A stretch of 64,000 nt of DNA from a virus (lineage: Duplodnaviria > Caudoviricetes), in the IMG/VR virus record IMGVR_UViG_3300033075_001437, positions 32,001 to 96,000 of that record. The stretch is one strand, 5' to 3'. Below are positions 41,890 to 52,868 of this stretch, in pieces. Below the pieces are notes generated by a model, which made no database searches, was not told the origin of the DNA, and worked only from the letters and a program-made list of their open reading frames with translations. The position numbers and the translations under genes are program-made. How positions within the stretch are numbered: the first letter of the stretch is position 1; every line of letters begins with the position of its first letter.

Positions 41890-42303
41890 TCATTTGTCAA
41901 GTTCAGCAAGTTGCTTTTCTAATTCTTCCATAGACGCCGCTGTTAATTGTTGATCCTTTTTAGCAGCAATCGCATCCAACAGCTTCTTTCGCTCTGCTGC
42001 ACGAACATTGCGTGCTACAACAGCTCGATTCTCTTCTTGTTTTGTCTTAATAACATCTTTGACAATATCAAGAGCAACAGTCAATGCTGTTTTCAAAGGA
42101 TCTGATGAAGTGTCTTCAACAAACGACTCAACATCCATGCTTTTCAATTTCTCATTGATAGCGACCGCCACAGAATTAAGATCAAACCCAGATTGATTTT
42201 TAAGTTGCAATTGAAACAATTGCTCAACAGTAAGATCGCCTCTTGTAGACGGAAACCGCAAACCATTCTTAGCCGCAAACTTATAAATATCACTCACAAC
42301 CAT
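41890..42303 (-). CDS. conserved phage protein, partner of the adjacent 660-aa gene
   Basis: LRFPSTRGDLTVEQLFQL...coiled coil; GGAG upstream. Confidence 0.7.
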   Translation of the reverse strand: MVVSDIYKFAAKNGLRFPSTRGDLTVEQLFQLQLKNQSGFDLNSVAVAINEKLKSMDVESFVEDTSSDPLKTALTVALDIVKDVIKTKQEENRAVVARNVRAAERKKLLDAIAAKKDQQLTAASMEELEKQLAELDK

Positions 42304-42337
42304 TCTCCTTAAAAATAAAACACGCTAAACAACATTC

Positions 42338-44320
42338 TTAAAACAATAACGTATATGGCCGCTTGCCATCAACCACAACAGTAACAGAATCTCCACGTGC
42401 CGCTGTAAACCCAACACCAGATATCTGATCATCAACCGATTGGCATTTCGTTTTAGCGCCCAATACCTCAAAAACTTTACGATGTTTTTCGAGATCATGA
42501 CGTAAAAATTCGTTGTAAACGCCACGAACTGAATTTGGATTTTTGCAGCCCTTAAGAGCAAAAATCAAGTGCTTAGCACCAACTTTATTATCACCCCAAT
42601 AATTTGGACTATTCATTATAGCAGTGACGGGTATCAATGTCTCAGTCTTTACCCCCCATTTTTCCTGCGACACTGAACCGCCTATAAGCTTAGTCTTAAT
42701 ATTGGTTAGCATTTTATTCTTTATAACCAATTCAAAACACTCAACATCACTTGAAACTGCTTTGTTATAACTATATTGGTGAATTTGCCCGCCAAACTCA
42801 ACCTCAATTGCAAACCCAACATCAATCGTCTCACGACGATTAAACTGATTAACCCAAATAGCATATGTGCCATCGATAAGTTTATTAAATGCTAAATTCT
42901 CTACCGGATTTCGACATTGCCCTGAACCAGCGTTCATATCAACATCAAGAATGCCAAATTTATCGCCATAATATATATGTTTAGAATCCGGCGTTTCAGC
43001 ATGTAAATCTAAATCGTCGAAATTAAACCAACTTAGACTGACACGTAGTAAAGCATTGATGTTACCACCAGCAGCTTTAACACGCTCCTTCACGCTATCA
43101 GTAACATCACCGTCATAACTCCAAGCGAAATTATTATCCCAACGAAATAATCTCTCTGGACCATCAGCTCCAGTAAGGCAAATAAAGTTAGATTGATGCT
43201 TATTCTCGACAAACACTTCCACAGACTTGGCTGTAGGAAGAACAGAAGCTACAAAATCGTCGGCTGATAATTTTGTAGCTTTAGATAGATTAAATGGCTG
43301 ACGATTTATACTATCTTCAAGCAAAGCAGCAACGCCATCCTTCATTTTACCTCTTTCATTATTATCGACAAATAAGACATCATTTACCGATACATCTGAT
43401 AGTTTAGCATATCGACGAGCAATTGCACCATGTAGCCCAAGATCAGTTAATGTTTGAACCGCCGATTCTACCATTTTTTGTGTAATAATTGCTGTTGGCC
43501 GTTTATAATTCATAGGCGCAACTTTAGATTCAAAAGACTTTACAGCAACTTCAATGTCTTTACCTTCTGCCATATCAGTCAATAAAGTACCGATAACAGT
43601 GTTGCGAAATCTGGCAGATCGGTCATTAAGATTCTCCCATATAAACAAATTCTTATTAACAGCTTGCTTAAATCTTTGCAGTAATGATACAAATCCTTGT
43701 ACTGCTGGTTTATGCTCTTCACCACGATATAATCCATTTGAATTTATAAGATCAAGCACTGCTTCAAGGTCTGCTTCTTTAATTTCAGTAAGACCGCGAT
43801 TGCATACTTGAAAGATAGCGTCTTGCTCGCTGCGTTTGGTTTCTGGATCAGCTGTACGATGCTTAGCTGCAACTACTCCATAGAAGTGATCGTATCGCGC
43901 ATTTGTCTTTGAATCATAGTTATACTCTTGGCCAAATTTTAATTCTTTAGTGCGAAACACAGTTTTAATAGTTGCAGATTGAACTAAAGCGTCCAAAGCA
44001 TCAGCGACTTGTTTATAAGGATAAGGCAAATTTAAACCGCCCCAAACAGTAATAATCTTACCGTCTTTGATGTTTACAAGATGGCCTAACCGACGAATAA
44101 ATTGTTTGCAGCATTGACAATCGTGTGTAGTGCGTGTTCTAAATATAGGATTAGTATCTTCTGGAAACGAAGCTATATATTTATCATAGATTGTGTCACT
44201 AACGTCTGTTACATATAGCTCATTTTTTGACATTTCATTAAAACGAGCATGAACTGCCGCAGAAAATTGCGAAAAATCAGTGCACACAATAGGCTTTTGT
44301 TGAGTCGCAGCCATAATCAT
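42338..44320 (-). CDS. conserved phage protein with YfaP/DUF2135-like domain
   Basis: HDCQCCKQFI, YRGEEH, NYKRP, SLSWFNFDDLDLH..LDVDMNAG..PVEN. Confidence 0.7.
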   Translation of the reverse strand: MIMAATQQKPIVCTDFSQFSAAVHARFNEMSKNELYVTDVSDTIYDKYIASFPEDTNPIFRTRTTHDCQCCKQFIRRLGHLVNIKDGKIITVWGGLNLPYPYKQVADALDALVQSATIKTVFRTKELKFGQEYNYDSKTNARYDHFYGVVAAKHRTADPETKRSEQDAIFQVCNRGLTEIKEADLEAVLDLINSNGLYRGEEHKPAVQGFVSLLQRFKQAVNKNLFIWENLNDRSARFRNTVIGTLLTDMAEGKDIEVAVKSFESKVAPMNYKRPTAIITQKMVESAVQTLTDLGLHGAIARRYAKLSDVSVNDVLFVDNNERGKMKDGVAALLEDSINRQPFNLSKATKLSADDFVASVLPTAKSVEVFVENKHQSNFICLTGADGPERLFRWDNNFAWSYDGDVTDSVKERVKAAGGNINALLRVSLSWFNFDDLDLHAETPDSKHIYYGDKFGILDVDMNAGSGQCRNPVENLAFNKLIDGTYAIWVNQFNRRETIDVGFAIEVEFGGQIHQYSYNKAVSSDVECFELVIKNKMLTNIKTKLIGGSVSQEKWGVKTETLIPVTAIMNSPNYWGDNKVGAKHLIFALKGCKNPNSVRGVYNEFLRHDLEKHRKVFEVLGAKTKCQSVDDQISGVGFTAARGDSVTVVVDGKRPYTLLF

Positions 44321-44397
44321 TCTCCTTCGAATTCAGTTAATAATAGACAATTTCGTATCAATAACAAATACGTCGCACGATTTCAAAAAGTTTATCT

Positions 44398-46047
44398 TTA
44401 CGACCACTTTTTAATATATCTAAAGTTGCCAGCATCCCAAATTCTTCTATAGCCATTGTTAAACATATTGACCGATTCAGTCTCGTTTTGGTCAAAAACA
44501 TCTAAAACATTTGGCAATTTATGCTTTTGAAACTTATGCCTAGAATAAACCTTTTGTTTTTTAAAATACATATAATTAGGACTAGTAATACCATCTAAAA
44601 CAAACCCAACCTTTTCATATGAATTTCCGTTAAAGTACCTTCTATTCGCATATGAAATCATAGATTTAGGCTTATATTTATCAACAAAATAATCCATCAA
44701 TTTAGATAATCCGCCAACAACAACAGTGTTTAAACGATTGCAATACCTCATCATCTCATATTGATACTTGTTATGCTTAGATATTGTTAATAACGCCACT
44801 AGCTCACCATCATAAGACAAACCAAATGAATATGGCGCACTTCTATATCCTTGTATATGATTGTTATTTAAAAAGCTTACTACCTGTGTAACAGATGGTG
44901 TTATAATATAGCATTTTCTAGCATAAATCCTGTTGGCTTTCCTAAAACAACTTGAAAGTATAGATTTAACAATGTCTCTTTTATCGTTCCATTCATGCTC
45001 GAAAATCTGTAACAATCTGATATTGTTGTTATGACATAAATCATGTTTATAAGAACACATGTTGATTTGATCTAATGTTTCTTTTTCACAATATGAATGC
45101 CAATAATCACCATGACACTCTATGCCGACATTTCCTGCTAAAAAATCTATTTCCTTAACTAAAGACCTATCATACAATTTAATTTCATCATCAGCTATAG
45201 TTAAAAGAAAATCATAAACAGATTTTTCAAATAAATTCATTTTACATTTTTTACATTTAGCCCCAACTATGTGAGATTTTGGGCAAACTGTAAAAACGCC
45301 ATGTTCTGGACAAATAACATCAACCGTATGCTCGCATCCAGTGTATGATTCTTTAATATAAGAATACTTACCACCATATATTTCATTTGCTTTTAAAACA
45401 AAATTGTCAAACTTATAAGCACTTTCCGCCGCACATTTTGAACATCCTTTACCAGCTAAATGCGCATATCTAGATTGTATAAATTCGCCGTGTTTGTCGC
45501 ATATTACTTTAACAATCGTTTTTTTGTGATTTATCGAATTACTATACCCACCAATGTCAACATATTGATATTTATTATCGTGTATAGTATTAGCTTGTTT
45601 TACGAAATCGTCAAAACCTGTTTTTAAATTATTGTTTCTAGCAATTACAGCACATTTTGGGCAGCCAGACTTATTAGAGATATGATTAGCTGGTATCGTG
45701 TTAAATTCACCATGCTCTTTGCATATAACGATCACTTTTTTACGCATACCATTATATATTGTCTTGTCATAATTATATTTATAACTATGCACGATATTAG
45801 CTTCGTTTATAAAATCAGATAGTGTTTTTAACTGTTCCCTCGACCTGCAAGCATTCTTTTCACAACCGCATTTATTGCAACCTTGTTTTCTTACGCCTGC
45901 GTGTAATGATGGCAATTGCCAAAACGAACCATGTTTTAGGCAAATTATTTCTACTTTTGTTTTACTATCTATATAATTCGACTTGCTATAGTCATATTTA
46001 TCGTTATGTTTTAATATTGCTTTCTTTATAAACTCTTGTGTGTTCAT
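44398..46047 (-). mobile_element. free-standing homing endonuclease (Hef-like: Zn repeats + Vsr-type nuclease + GNAT-like C-terminus)
   Basis: Four FI.KA..H..KY.Y....Y..V.IIC..HG.F..H....GC.KC repeats, EIDF..GIECHGDYWHS, IYARK..VVGGLSKL..SYANRR; overlaps the end of DnaE piece 4. Confidence 0.8.
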
Positions 46048-46540
46048 AGTCTTTTATTTCTATTATTTCGTCATGTTCTGTTAAATCACAAACTTGAACA
46101 TATCCTCTTGGTGTCAACACTCGATGTTCTTCTGTCAGATACAGTTGTTGTCCATTTTCTAAAGTTATTTCTATCAGTTCTTTTTCGCCTGAACAAATAA
46201 CATTATATTCTGATGTGTAATCTATTTTGTTATCATTGTTTAGATATTGGATTTTATGCTTATTAGGATCTAAATGTTGTATTTCAATATAACCATTATC
46301 TGTCATTATCTTTGAATCGAACCGACAGCATTTAGCAGTATTTGTATCGAATTGAAATATACCATCTGTCTTTTGTTGATTCGCTAGATTTAATGCGTGT
46401 TTGTCATTTAACGATATGTAATGCTTATTTCCGTCATTATCAATAAAATAACCTGCTCTATCTAATTCTGGGTCTATATCGTCCCATCCTGATATGTCAT
46501 TTATTTCTTCTATGCTTTCAATATCTTCGAAGTTTATCAT
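46004..46540 (-). CDS. dnaE: DnaE piece 4: 70-aa N-terminal segment plus split-intein N-half (108 aa)
   Basis: LND..AL..TDGIFQFDTNTAK|CCRFDSKIMT..LTEEHRVLTPRGYVQVCDL (intein blocks A and B). Confidence 0.9.
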   Translation of the reverse strand: MINFEDIESIEEINDISGWDDIDPELDRAGYFIDNDGNKHYISLNDKHALNLANQQKTDGIFQFDTNTAKCCRFDSKIMTDNGYIEIQHLDPNKHKIQYLNNDNKIDYTSEYNVICSGEKELIEITLENGQQLYLTEEHRVLTPRGYVQVCDLTEHDEIIEIKDYEHTRVYKESNIKT

Positions 46541-46674
46541 TGTTTTATAATACGTTTTAAAATTTAGTATATAACATTGTTGTTACGTATAATGGCAGAT
46601 GTTTTTGCTGTTTCCTATCTCGGTATACGTTTAATAAAAAGATGAAGATTAACAGCGACAGTCTTTTTAACAAC

Positions 46675-46709
46675 ACAGGGAGCTACAAAATCAAATTGTA
46701 GTTCCCTGT
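46675..46709. terminator. hairpin, terminator-like, downstream of the SPFH gene
   Basis: acagggagctacaa / ttgtagttccctgt 14-bp stem with one G-U. Confidence 0.55.
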
Positions 46710-46725
46710 TTATTTTCAATACTTA

Positions 46726-48048
46726 TTATTTCTTATTCTCAGGCCGTGTAATAGTAGGGACAGGAACTTGAAGCAAAAAATCAGGCGAGCTATTCCCATT
46801 GCCACCCATATAATAACTTGGAAAATGGCCATCCCATGTTTTAAGTTTATCTTTCTCCAACTCTAATCGTTTGAGAAATGTATAAAGCTCAACATCTAAT
46901 TTAGCTTTTTCAAGTTCATAAGCTTTAGCGTCGGCTACAAGCTTAATCATTTCAGCTTCTGTCTCTTTCTCCAGCTTAATAGCTTGAGCTTTGCCATCAG
47001 CTTCAAGTCTAACTTTCTTATTAACTTCTTCTTGTGCAGCAGTTTCTGCCCTAGCGATTGCTACTTTCTGATCTGCATTAAAAACTTCAACTAATTTATC
47101 CATGATTGTCTTATCTTTATATACAAACCCTCCAGAAATACCTAGATTTGTGATAGTTATGCCACGGCCTTCAAAAAATTCTGTAACTTCATCAACAACT
47201 TTCTTCAAGTGTGGTGTAGCCGCAGTTCTTAATTTCTCCATTTTTTGATCAGTCACTTCTAAACCAAACGTAGTCTGAATTTTAGCTCTGATTTCAGTAT
47301 CCATAGCCATCTTTAAAGAACCAGCCGGATAATTATGTAAAAATTTGACAGCAGCGTCTCTATTAGCAATGCGAGCAGTGCATGTCCAACCAGTTGAAAA
47401 CTCAACTTGGTCAGCAGTCATAACCCAAATAGCCTCATTTTTATTACTAGTTCCAGAATTCTCATCAGCTGTCCATTCGCGAGTTACAGGTGATGTGTCA
47501 ACACGTATAAGCAAAGCAGCATCGCGCCATTCTCCGCGCCAAAACACAGTTTCATAATCAAGCGGAACCCATTGTTGCGGGATTTTAACTTGCTGAGTAT
47601 AGACAAGATTGGCTTTAAGGTATTCCTCAGAATTAGTTGAAGACTGATCTAAAGGATTAGCACCAGCCTTTAATGGCAATAAAAAAGCTTCCTCTGTGTT
47701 GCTGATAATCTCCAATTTAACAGGTTCAAAAGGTTTATAACACCCACTCCCAAATAGTATAAATAACACTGGAGTAAACCTACATGATTTAACGCATAAA
47801 TTGAAAAAACTCTTTATACTGTCAAAAAACAAAACAAAACCTAAAACAATCACACAACTAGGAACGGCCCATCTAGTTAAATCTATCATTTGTTTGTCAT
47901 GCTGAATAGAACTATCGCCGCTAGGATTATCTAACTGATGCACTTGGGTCTTCAATTGTTGCTCTACTATAACATCATCAGCCCATTTAACATATGTCAT
48001 AGATGCGATAATAACCAACATAAATACAACTACTCTAATCGCGAACAT
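46726..48048 (-). CDS. SPFH/band-7-like membrane protein
   Basis: N-terminal TMs plus GSGC lipobox-like site, GITITNLG, AE-rich coiled coil, WDGHFP tail; GGAG upstream. Confidence 0.7.
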   Translation of the reverse strand: MFAIRVVVFMLVIIASMTYVKWADDVIVEQQLKTQVHQLDNPSGDSSIQHDKQMIDLTRWAVPSCVIVLGFVLFFDSIKSFFNLCVKSCRFTPVLFILFGSGCYKPFEPVKLEIISNTEEAFLLPLKAGANPLDQSSTNSEEYLKANLVYTQQVKIPQQWVPLDYETVFWRGEWRDAALLIRVDTSPVTREWTADENSGTSNKNEAIWVMTADQVEFSTGWTCTARIANRDAAVKFLHNYPAGSLKMAMDTEIRAKIQTTFGLEVTDQKMEKLRTAATPHLKKVVDEVTEFFEGRGITITNLGISGGFVYKDKTIMDKLVEVFNADQKVAIARAETAAQEEVNKKVRLEADGKAQAIKLEKETEAEMIKLVADAKAYELEKAKLDVELYTFLKRLELEKDKLKTWDGHFPSYYMGGNGNSSPDFLLQVPVPTITRPENKK

Positions 48049-48095
48049 AAAACTCTCCTAGGTTAAACATACAAAAGATTTAAAATACAATAAGC

Positions 48096-49335
48096 TTACA
48101 AATCGAAACTATTTTTGTATCCTTCACGAAAATGGCTAACAGAGAAAATAATCGGTTCTGCTTCAGGCCATCTTTTGCCAAGAACATCACACGCATAATA
48201 ATAGGCCCACTGAGGGCTTCGTAGAAGCACAGGTTCACCTTCAGGCCATCTTTTGCCAAGAACATCACACGCATAAAGATAAGTATATTCAGGACTAGTT
48301 AATATTTTAGGCTCCGCCGCTGGCCAACCATTTTTAACTTCGGAAGGTTTAAAAGTATATTTAATATAATTAAGTATAGCCTTATTATCCTGCAAAATAA
48401 CACTCTCGCCTCTAGGCCATCTGTGGTGTAAACAATATTGTGCATACATAGAAGCCCAAGATGGTTTCTTCAACATAATATGCTCAGCTTCACGCCATCT
48501 CCCTCTAACAACATCAACAGCATACTTAAAAGCAGTATGATCGTCTTGTAAAATAAACGGTTCAGCTTCTGGCCAACGATCCTTTATAAATTTTTTAGCA
48601 TAATGATACAAATCGATAGGATTAGAATCTAAACCCGGTTTAGGAACTAAATCTATGATCGTTTTATTATCAATAGCACGATCATTTACATCCATAACTT
48701 GGTCATAATCTGGCGTAAATTGCACAAATGGTTTACCATCTTTATAAATAACACCGATCCAACCATATTGTTCGATGTAATATTCTGCTTGACAGTCTGG
48801 ATAGCTCCTCCTGGTACACCACTTAGTCCCCTCACCGATATCCTTAAGAGACTCAACATCTGTTACCTTATAAGTCTTATAATTGTTAACAGTATCTTGT
48901 ACAAATCCGTCCCAACTCCATTCTGCGTTAGCATCCCAATTTGGATCTAAATAATTGTTTACAACATTATTATTTGTATCAGTTTGATTAATCAGCTCTA
49001 CGCCAGGCAATTTAGATGGATTTAAATTATTCCCACCCTGCCTCTTGCTAATGCTCCCAACAACTGGTTCTAAAACTGTTTCAAGTTCATGCAATGAATT
49101 GTACTTTAATATGTCTTTTATTGCTAGGTTGCGTTGATATTTCTGAAAATTATTCAGTGTTTCTTTTATTCTATAATTGTCTTCTGGAAGTCTAATATCA
49201 TTTTTATTTAACAATTTTAATATAAATAGTTTGTATTTTCTTCCTGTTGGGTCTGCATCGGTTAATAATTTATTTAACTCATCTATTGATATATTGAGTT
49301 TTTCTGCTGTTTGTTGTAGTATCTGGTTATTTTCT
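48096..49335 (-). CDS. repeat protein with GTKWCT domain
   Basis: ADPTG.KY, GTKWCT, about six 26-aa Y.YA..V...RWPEAEP.I repeats; ATG of MKLTLITE at 49335. Confidence 0.7.
48161..48276. repeat. exact 38-nt direct repeat, 78-nt period
   Basis: cttcaggccatcttttgccaagaacatcacacgcataa at 48161-48198 and 48239-48276. Confidence 0.9.
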
Positions 49336-49358
49336 GTTATTAATGTTAATTTCATGTT

Positions 49359-49610
49359 TTATATTTTACTGCCACTATAAAGTATCCTGCATATTATGTT
49401 GCCGACAAAAACGTCAGTATCTACAAATTCATCATAATTAGTAACTATAGGTATACAATCGCCTATAAAGCTCTTAATCTTATCATTATGGAAAATAATA
49501 TCTGCATATATGCCGCCATCTATAGTTATAAATCTACGACCACGTATGAAGGTTATATTGTTTATATTGTCAAGTCTGTTAGCAATAATATCTATCAAAT
49601 CATCGATCAT
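49359..49610 (-). CDS. small paralog-family protein
   Basis: MIDDLIDIIANRL...TNYDEFVDTDVFV. Confidence 0.55.
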   Translation of the reverse strand: MIDDLIDIIANRLDNINNITFIRGRRFITIDGGIYADIIFHNDKIKSFIGDCIPIVTNYDEFVDTDVFVGNIICRILYSGSKI

Positions 49611-49867
49611 AAAGCACAAAATAAAGCACAAAATAAATCATCTTTTAATTCGTGATTGGCCCTTGATATGGTTCGTTCGACAAATTTTCAGCAAACTCCT
49701 CAGCAGCGTCACGACTGTCGAACCACCGACACCATCCAGTTTTGGTATTGGTGGTTAACGAATGACGAACAATCCAGTCAGAACCTGATCCATATACAAT
49801 AACTTCAGATACCCCACAAAAAACCGTTGTATAATCATAACGATAAACATATATCATATTAATTGCC

Positions 49868-50386
49868 CTATTTTGAATTTTCAAACATTTGTTTTTTGAA
49901 ATCTTCAAGTTCCTTGTTTGATAGCGGACAATTTGGGCAAACCGCAACGTCCTTTGATGGTTTATCGCTAATGAATTTTGCCCCACAACCCAAGCATTGG
50001 ATACGAATGCCAGCAGCTTTCTCTAACCTTTCAAGCCTAGATAATATATCAAAAACTGGCTCGCCATAACTGCCAATTCCAATTTGTTCTGCTTCTATTA
50101 AATATGCTGGTATTTTACCATCTTTGAAATCATTTAAAAACCAACATAAATCGTGTAAAAAACCTGTACTTATTGAAGATAGAATAATATTATAGTTTTC
50201 ATCTCGTATTTTGCCACAATCGCCATCATATACTCCACTTATTTCGTTTTCTGGAATATTTTTAAATCGAATAAAAAACTGGCGATAACACGGCATAAGA
50301 CCACTGAGACTGCTATTGGTGTTTTTGACGTTTGTGGTTTCTATATTCATTCGTTTAACATACCGATTCTGATTTTCATATGTCAA
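49868..50386 (-). CDS. hypothetical protein with C-terminal Zn ribbon
   Basis: CLGCG...CPNC. Confidence 0.55.
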   Translation of the reverse strand: MTYENQNRYVKRMNIETTNVKNTNSSLSGLMPCYRQFFIRFKNIPENEISGVYDGDCGKIRDENYNIILSSISTGFLHDLCWFLNDFKDGKIPAYLIEAEQIGIGSYGEPVFDILSRLERLEKAAGIRIQCLGCGAKFISDKPSKDVAVCPNCPLSNKELEDFKKQMFENSK

Positions 50387-50436
50387 ATCCTTGGAAAACC
50401 TTACACTCTCAAAACTAAGAATTTAGTGGCTCCAAT

Positions 50437-50988
50437 TCATTGCCCTATCTTTTTCAAAACTTCCTTAGGTTTTACCACTTCTCTTAGTGTATATTGCCGA
50501 GCATAATAAGGAATCTGGGAAGCTATAATCCGAGAATACTCAGATCGAGAAACTGAATAAATCCATTCTTTATCTGAAAGAGCATTCGCTTCTTCAATCT
50601 CTTGGCGAAAACGCTGCACAAAACCATGAGATTCATAACCACGATGAATACGATCTAGGTTCTCAGGATCATTCTTATAAATTTCAACCACCCAGGCGGG
50701 ACACTTATGCGAGCGAATTAAGTGTGTACCAAGTAGAACATTCTCCCCTAAAATTGTAATAGATTTTCTGGCTTCATCATGTTCTTCACTGGTAAAATCT
50801 CCGGCTTCTAATTGCCACTGTTCTTTTGGGATTCTTTCATTAGCAAAGGGTATCAAAACTCTTTCCTGAGAGAATAATGGTATCACTAATAAGTTAAAAA
50901 GCATAATAAAAAAGAGATAAAACTGTATGTTACAACGATTCATTCGCATTAACTTTCTCCCTACAGTGCAATTCATTAAAAATATCAA
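50437..50988 (-). CDS. hypothetical protein with signal-peptide-like N-terminus
   Basis: FYLFFIMLFNLLVIPLFSQE; start uncertain. Confidence 0.5.
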   Translation of the reverse strand: MIFLMNCTVGRKLMRMNRCNIQFYLFFIMLFNLLVIPLFSQERVLIPFANERIPKEQWQLEAGDFTSEEHDEARKSITILGENVLLGTHLIRSHKCPAWVVEIYKNDPENLDRIHRGYESHGFVQRFRQEIEEANALSDKEWIYSVSRSEYSRIIASQIPYYARQYTLREVVKPKEVLKKIGQ

Positions 50989-52832
50989 TTAGACTTGTAT
51001 ACAAATCTAAAATTACCACAATCAAACAATAACCTAAAACCATTTAACAACATTATTTCTCTTTCAGACAAATCTTTATCGTAAAACAATATAGATTTTT
51101 TATCAAAAAGGCTTTTTAATTTATGCTTTTGAAATGTTTGCCTTGAATAAATCTTATTATTCTTAACATAACAATACCCTGGTCTAGTCACACCATCAAA
51201 TTTCATACCAAGTTTGTTATAAACACCGCCAGTCGCATACCTAGCATCGGCATATGTTATAACCTCATTCGGCTTAATCTTATTAATAAATTCTTTAAAC
51301 ATTTTAGACGCACCACCAACTATATTATAGCCAATTTTGGTTGCTAATCTGTCAATTTTAAACTTACCATTTCTACCTATAAACGACATAACTGAAAATA
51401 CATCATGTCCATCAGTTAAAGCGACACCAAAATTGCACGAACCAGATCCTTTTAAATGGTTCTCACTTAAAAATTTCCTGATAACTTTAGAGTCTGCAGT
51501 AATGACCTTCAATTTCCTAGCATAAATCGTTTCACTTAACATTAAAGCATTTTTGATCATACTTTTGACAATTTCGAATTTATTTTTAATTTCATAATCT
51601 GTAAACTGAAACAGTCTTAAATTATTATTCTCGCATAATTTAAGCTTATTAATATGTCTATTAGAATCAATATCTGATAAATTATCGTATGAATGCCAAT
51701 ATAAGCCATTTACCTCTATACCAATTTTATGTTTATCGATATATGTGTCTATCTCATATGGGTTAATAATGCTCCTGTCGTTTACAATATAATCTATATT
51801 TAATTGGTCTAACAAATTATTTATAGCAACATGAGCATTTGAAACATTGCATGATTTGCAACCGTGGCCTAAAAAATGATATCTTGGTATCTGATAGAAT
51901 TCACCATGCGATGGGCAGATTATTTTAACTTTAGTTTCAACATTTTCATAATCTACAAACGAATAATCGTATTTATCGCCGTGAATAGTTTTAGATTTTA
52001 GTATAAATTCTTCAAAGCTCAACTTATAATTATCTTTATATCTATCTATGGCACACTCCTTACATGCTTTTCCTTTTGAAATGTTGCACCACCTACCTGA
52101 TTTCAAACCATGTTTCTTACATTCATATGTTAACACACCTTTTTCATACTTTAAATATTTAAAACTATCGCCAAACAATATTTCAAATTGTTTTTTTCTA
52201 GAGATTTCTTCTACATTTCTTCTATCGTTTAATGTGCGTTCTTTAATTATAGGTTTAAATTTTTCATTTTTACAACCTTGACATCCAACAAGGCCGCGTA
52301 GATGCCTGCGAAAATGAACAGAAAATTTACCATGTTTTGAACAAACAACATCAATATTACTATCCCTATTGTTGTAGACGGCATTGCTATAATTATAATT
52401 TGGATACATGTTATTTAAAGTTGATTGAAAATGCTCTGGTATTTTACCACCATTACATATAGGACATTGCCATTTATTTAATATAAGATTAGCTGTAGAT
52501 ACAAATTTGCCATGTTTAGAACATACAAAAGTAAATTTAAGATTCTCAAGAAAGCTTTTTGGTTCAATTAAATCATGTTCTGGATACAGCCGTTTAAATT
52601 CTTTTTTAAAACTATCAAATTTATTAGCCATATCAACTTTAATAGTTTGGATACTACATAGTTTACATTCGCTTTTATTCTTAACATGAGATTGTGGCGT
52701 TTGCCAAAACGAACCATGTTTTGGACAAATTATTTCTACTTTTGAACAATTGTTAACATATGTGACTTTAGAATAATCATATTTATCGCCATGTATTAGC
52801 TTGGCATTTACTATAAATTGCTCTGTATTCAT
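50985..52832 (-). mobile_element. free-standing homing endonuclease (Hef-like), paralog of 44398..46047
   Basis: IHGDKYDYS..IICPKHG.F repeats, EIDTY..IGIEVNGLYWHS, IYARK..IVGGASKM..TYADAR; directly downstream of DnaE piece 3. Confidence 0.8.
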
Positions 52833-52868
52833 ACACTTATTTTTGCACTTATAATCGATATTTCGGGT

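Noticed and set aside
3330-48090. Recurrent minus-strand GTATT(T) in intergenic gaps (about 3345, 19050, 44368, 46550, 48085) as a phage promoter
   Set aside because: Too short to be significant by eye in AT-rich DNA; needs motif-enrichment statistics
48161-48276. 38-nt repeat pair as a CRISPR array or DGR template/variable repeat
   Set aside because: Only two copies, in frame with a 26-aa protein repeat; no cas or reverse transcriptase gene and no adenine-specific mismatches
49609-49637. 12-nt tandem duplication ataaagcacaaa
   Set aside because: Local slippage upstream of a small gene; no evident function
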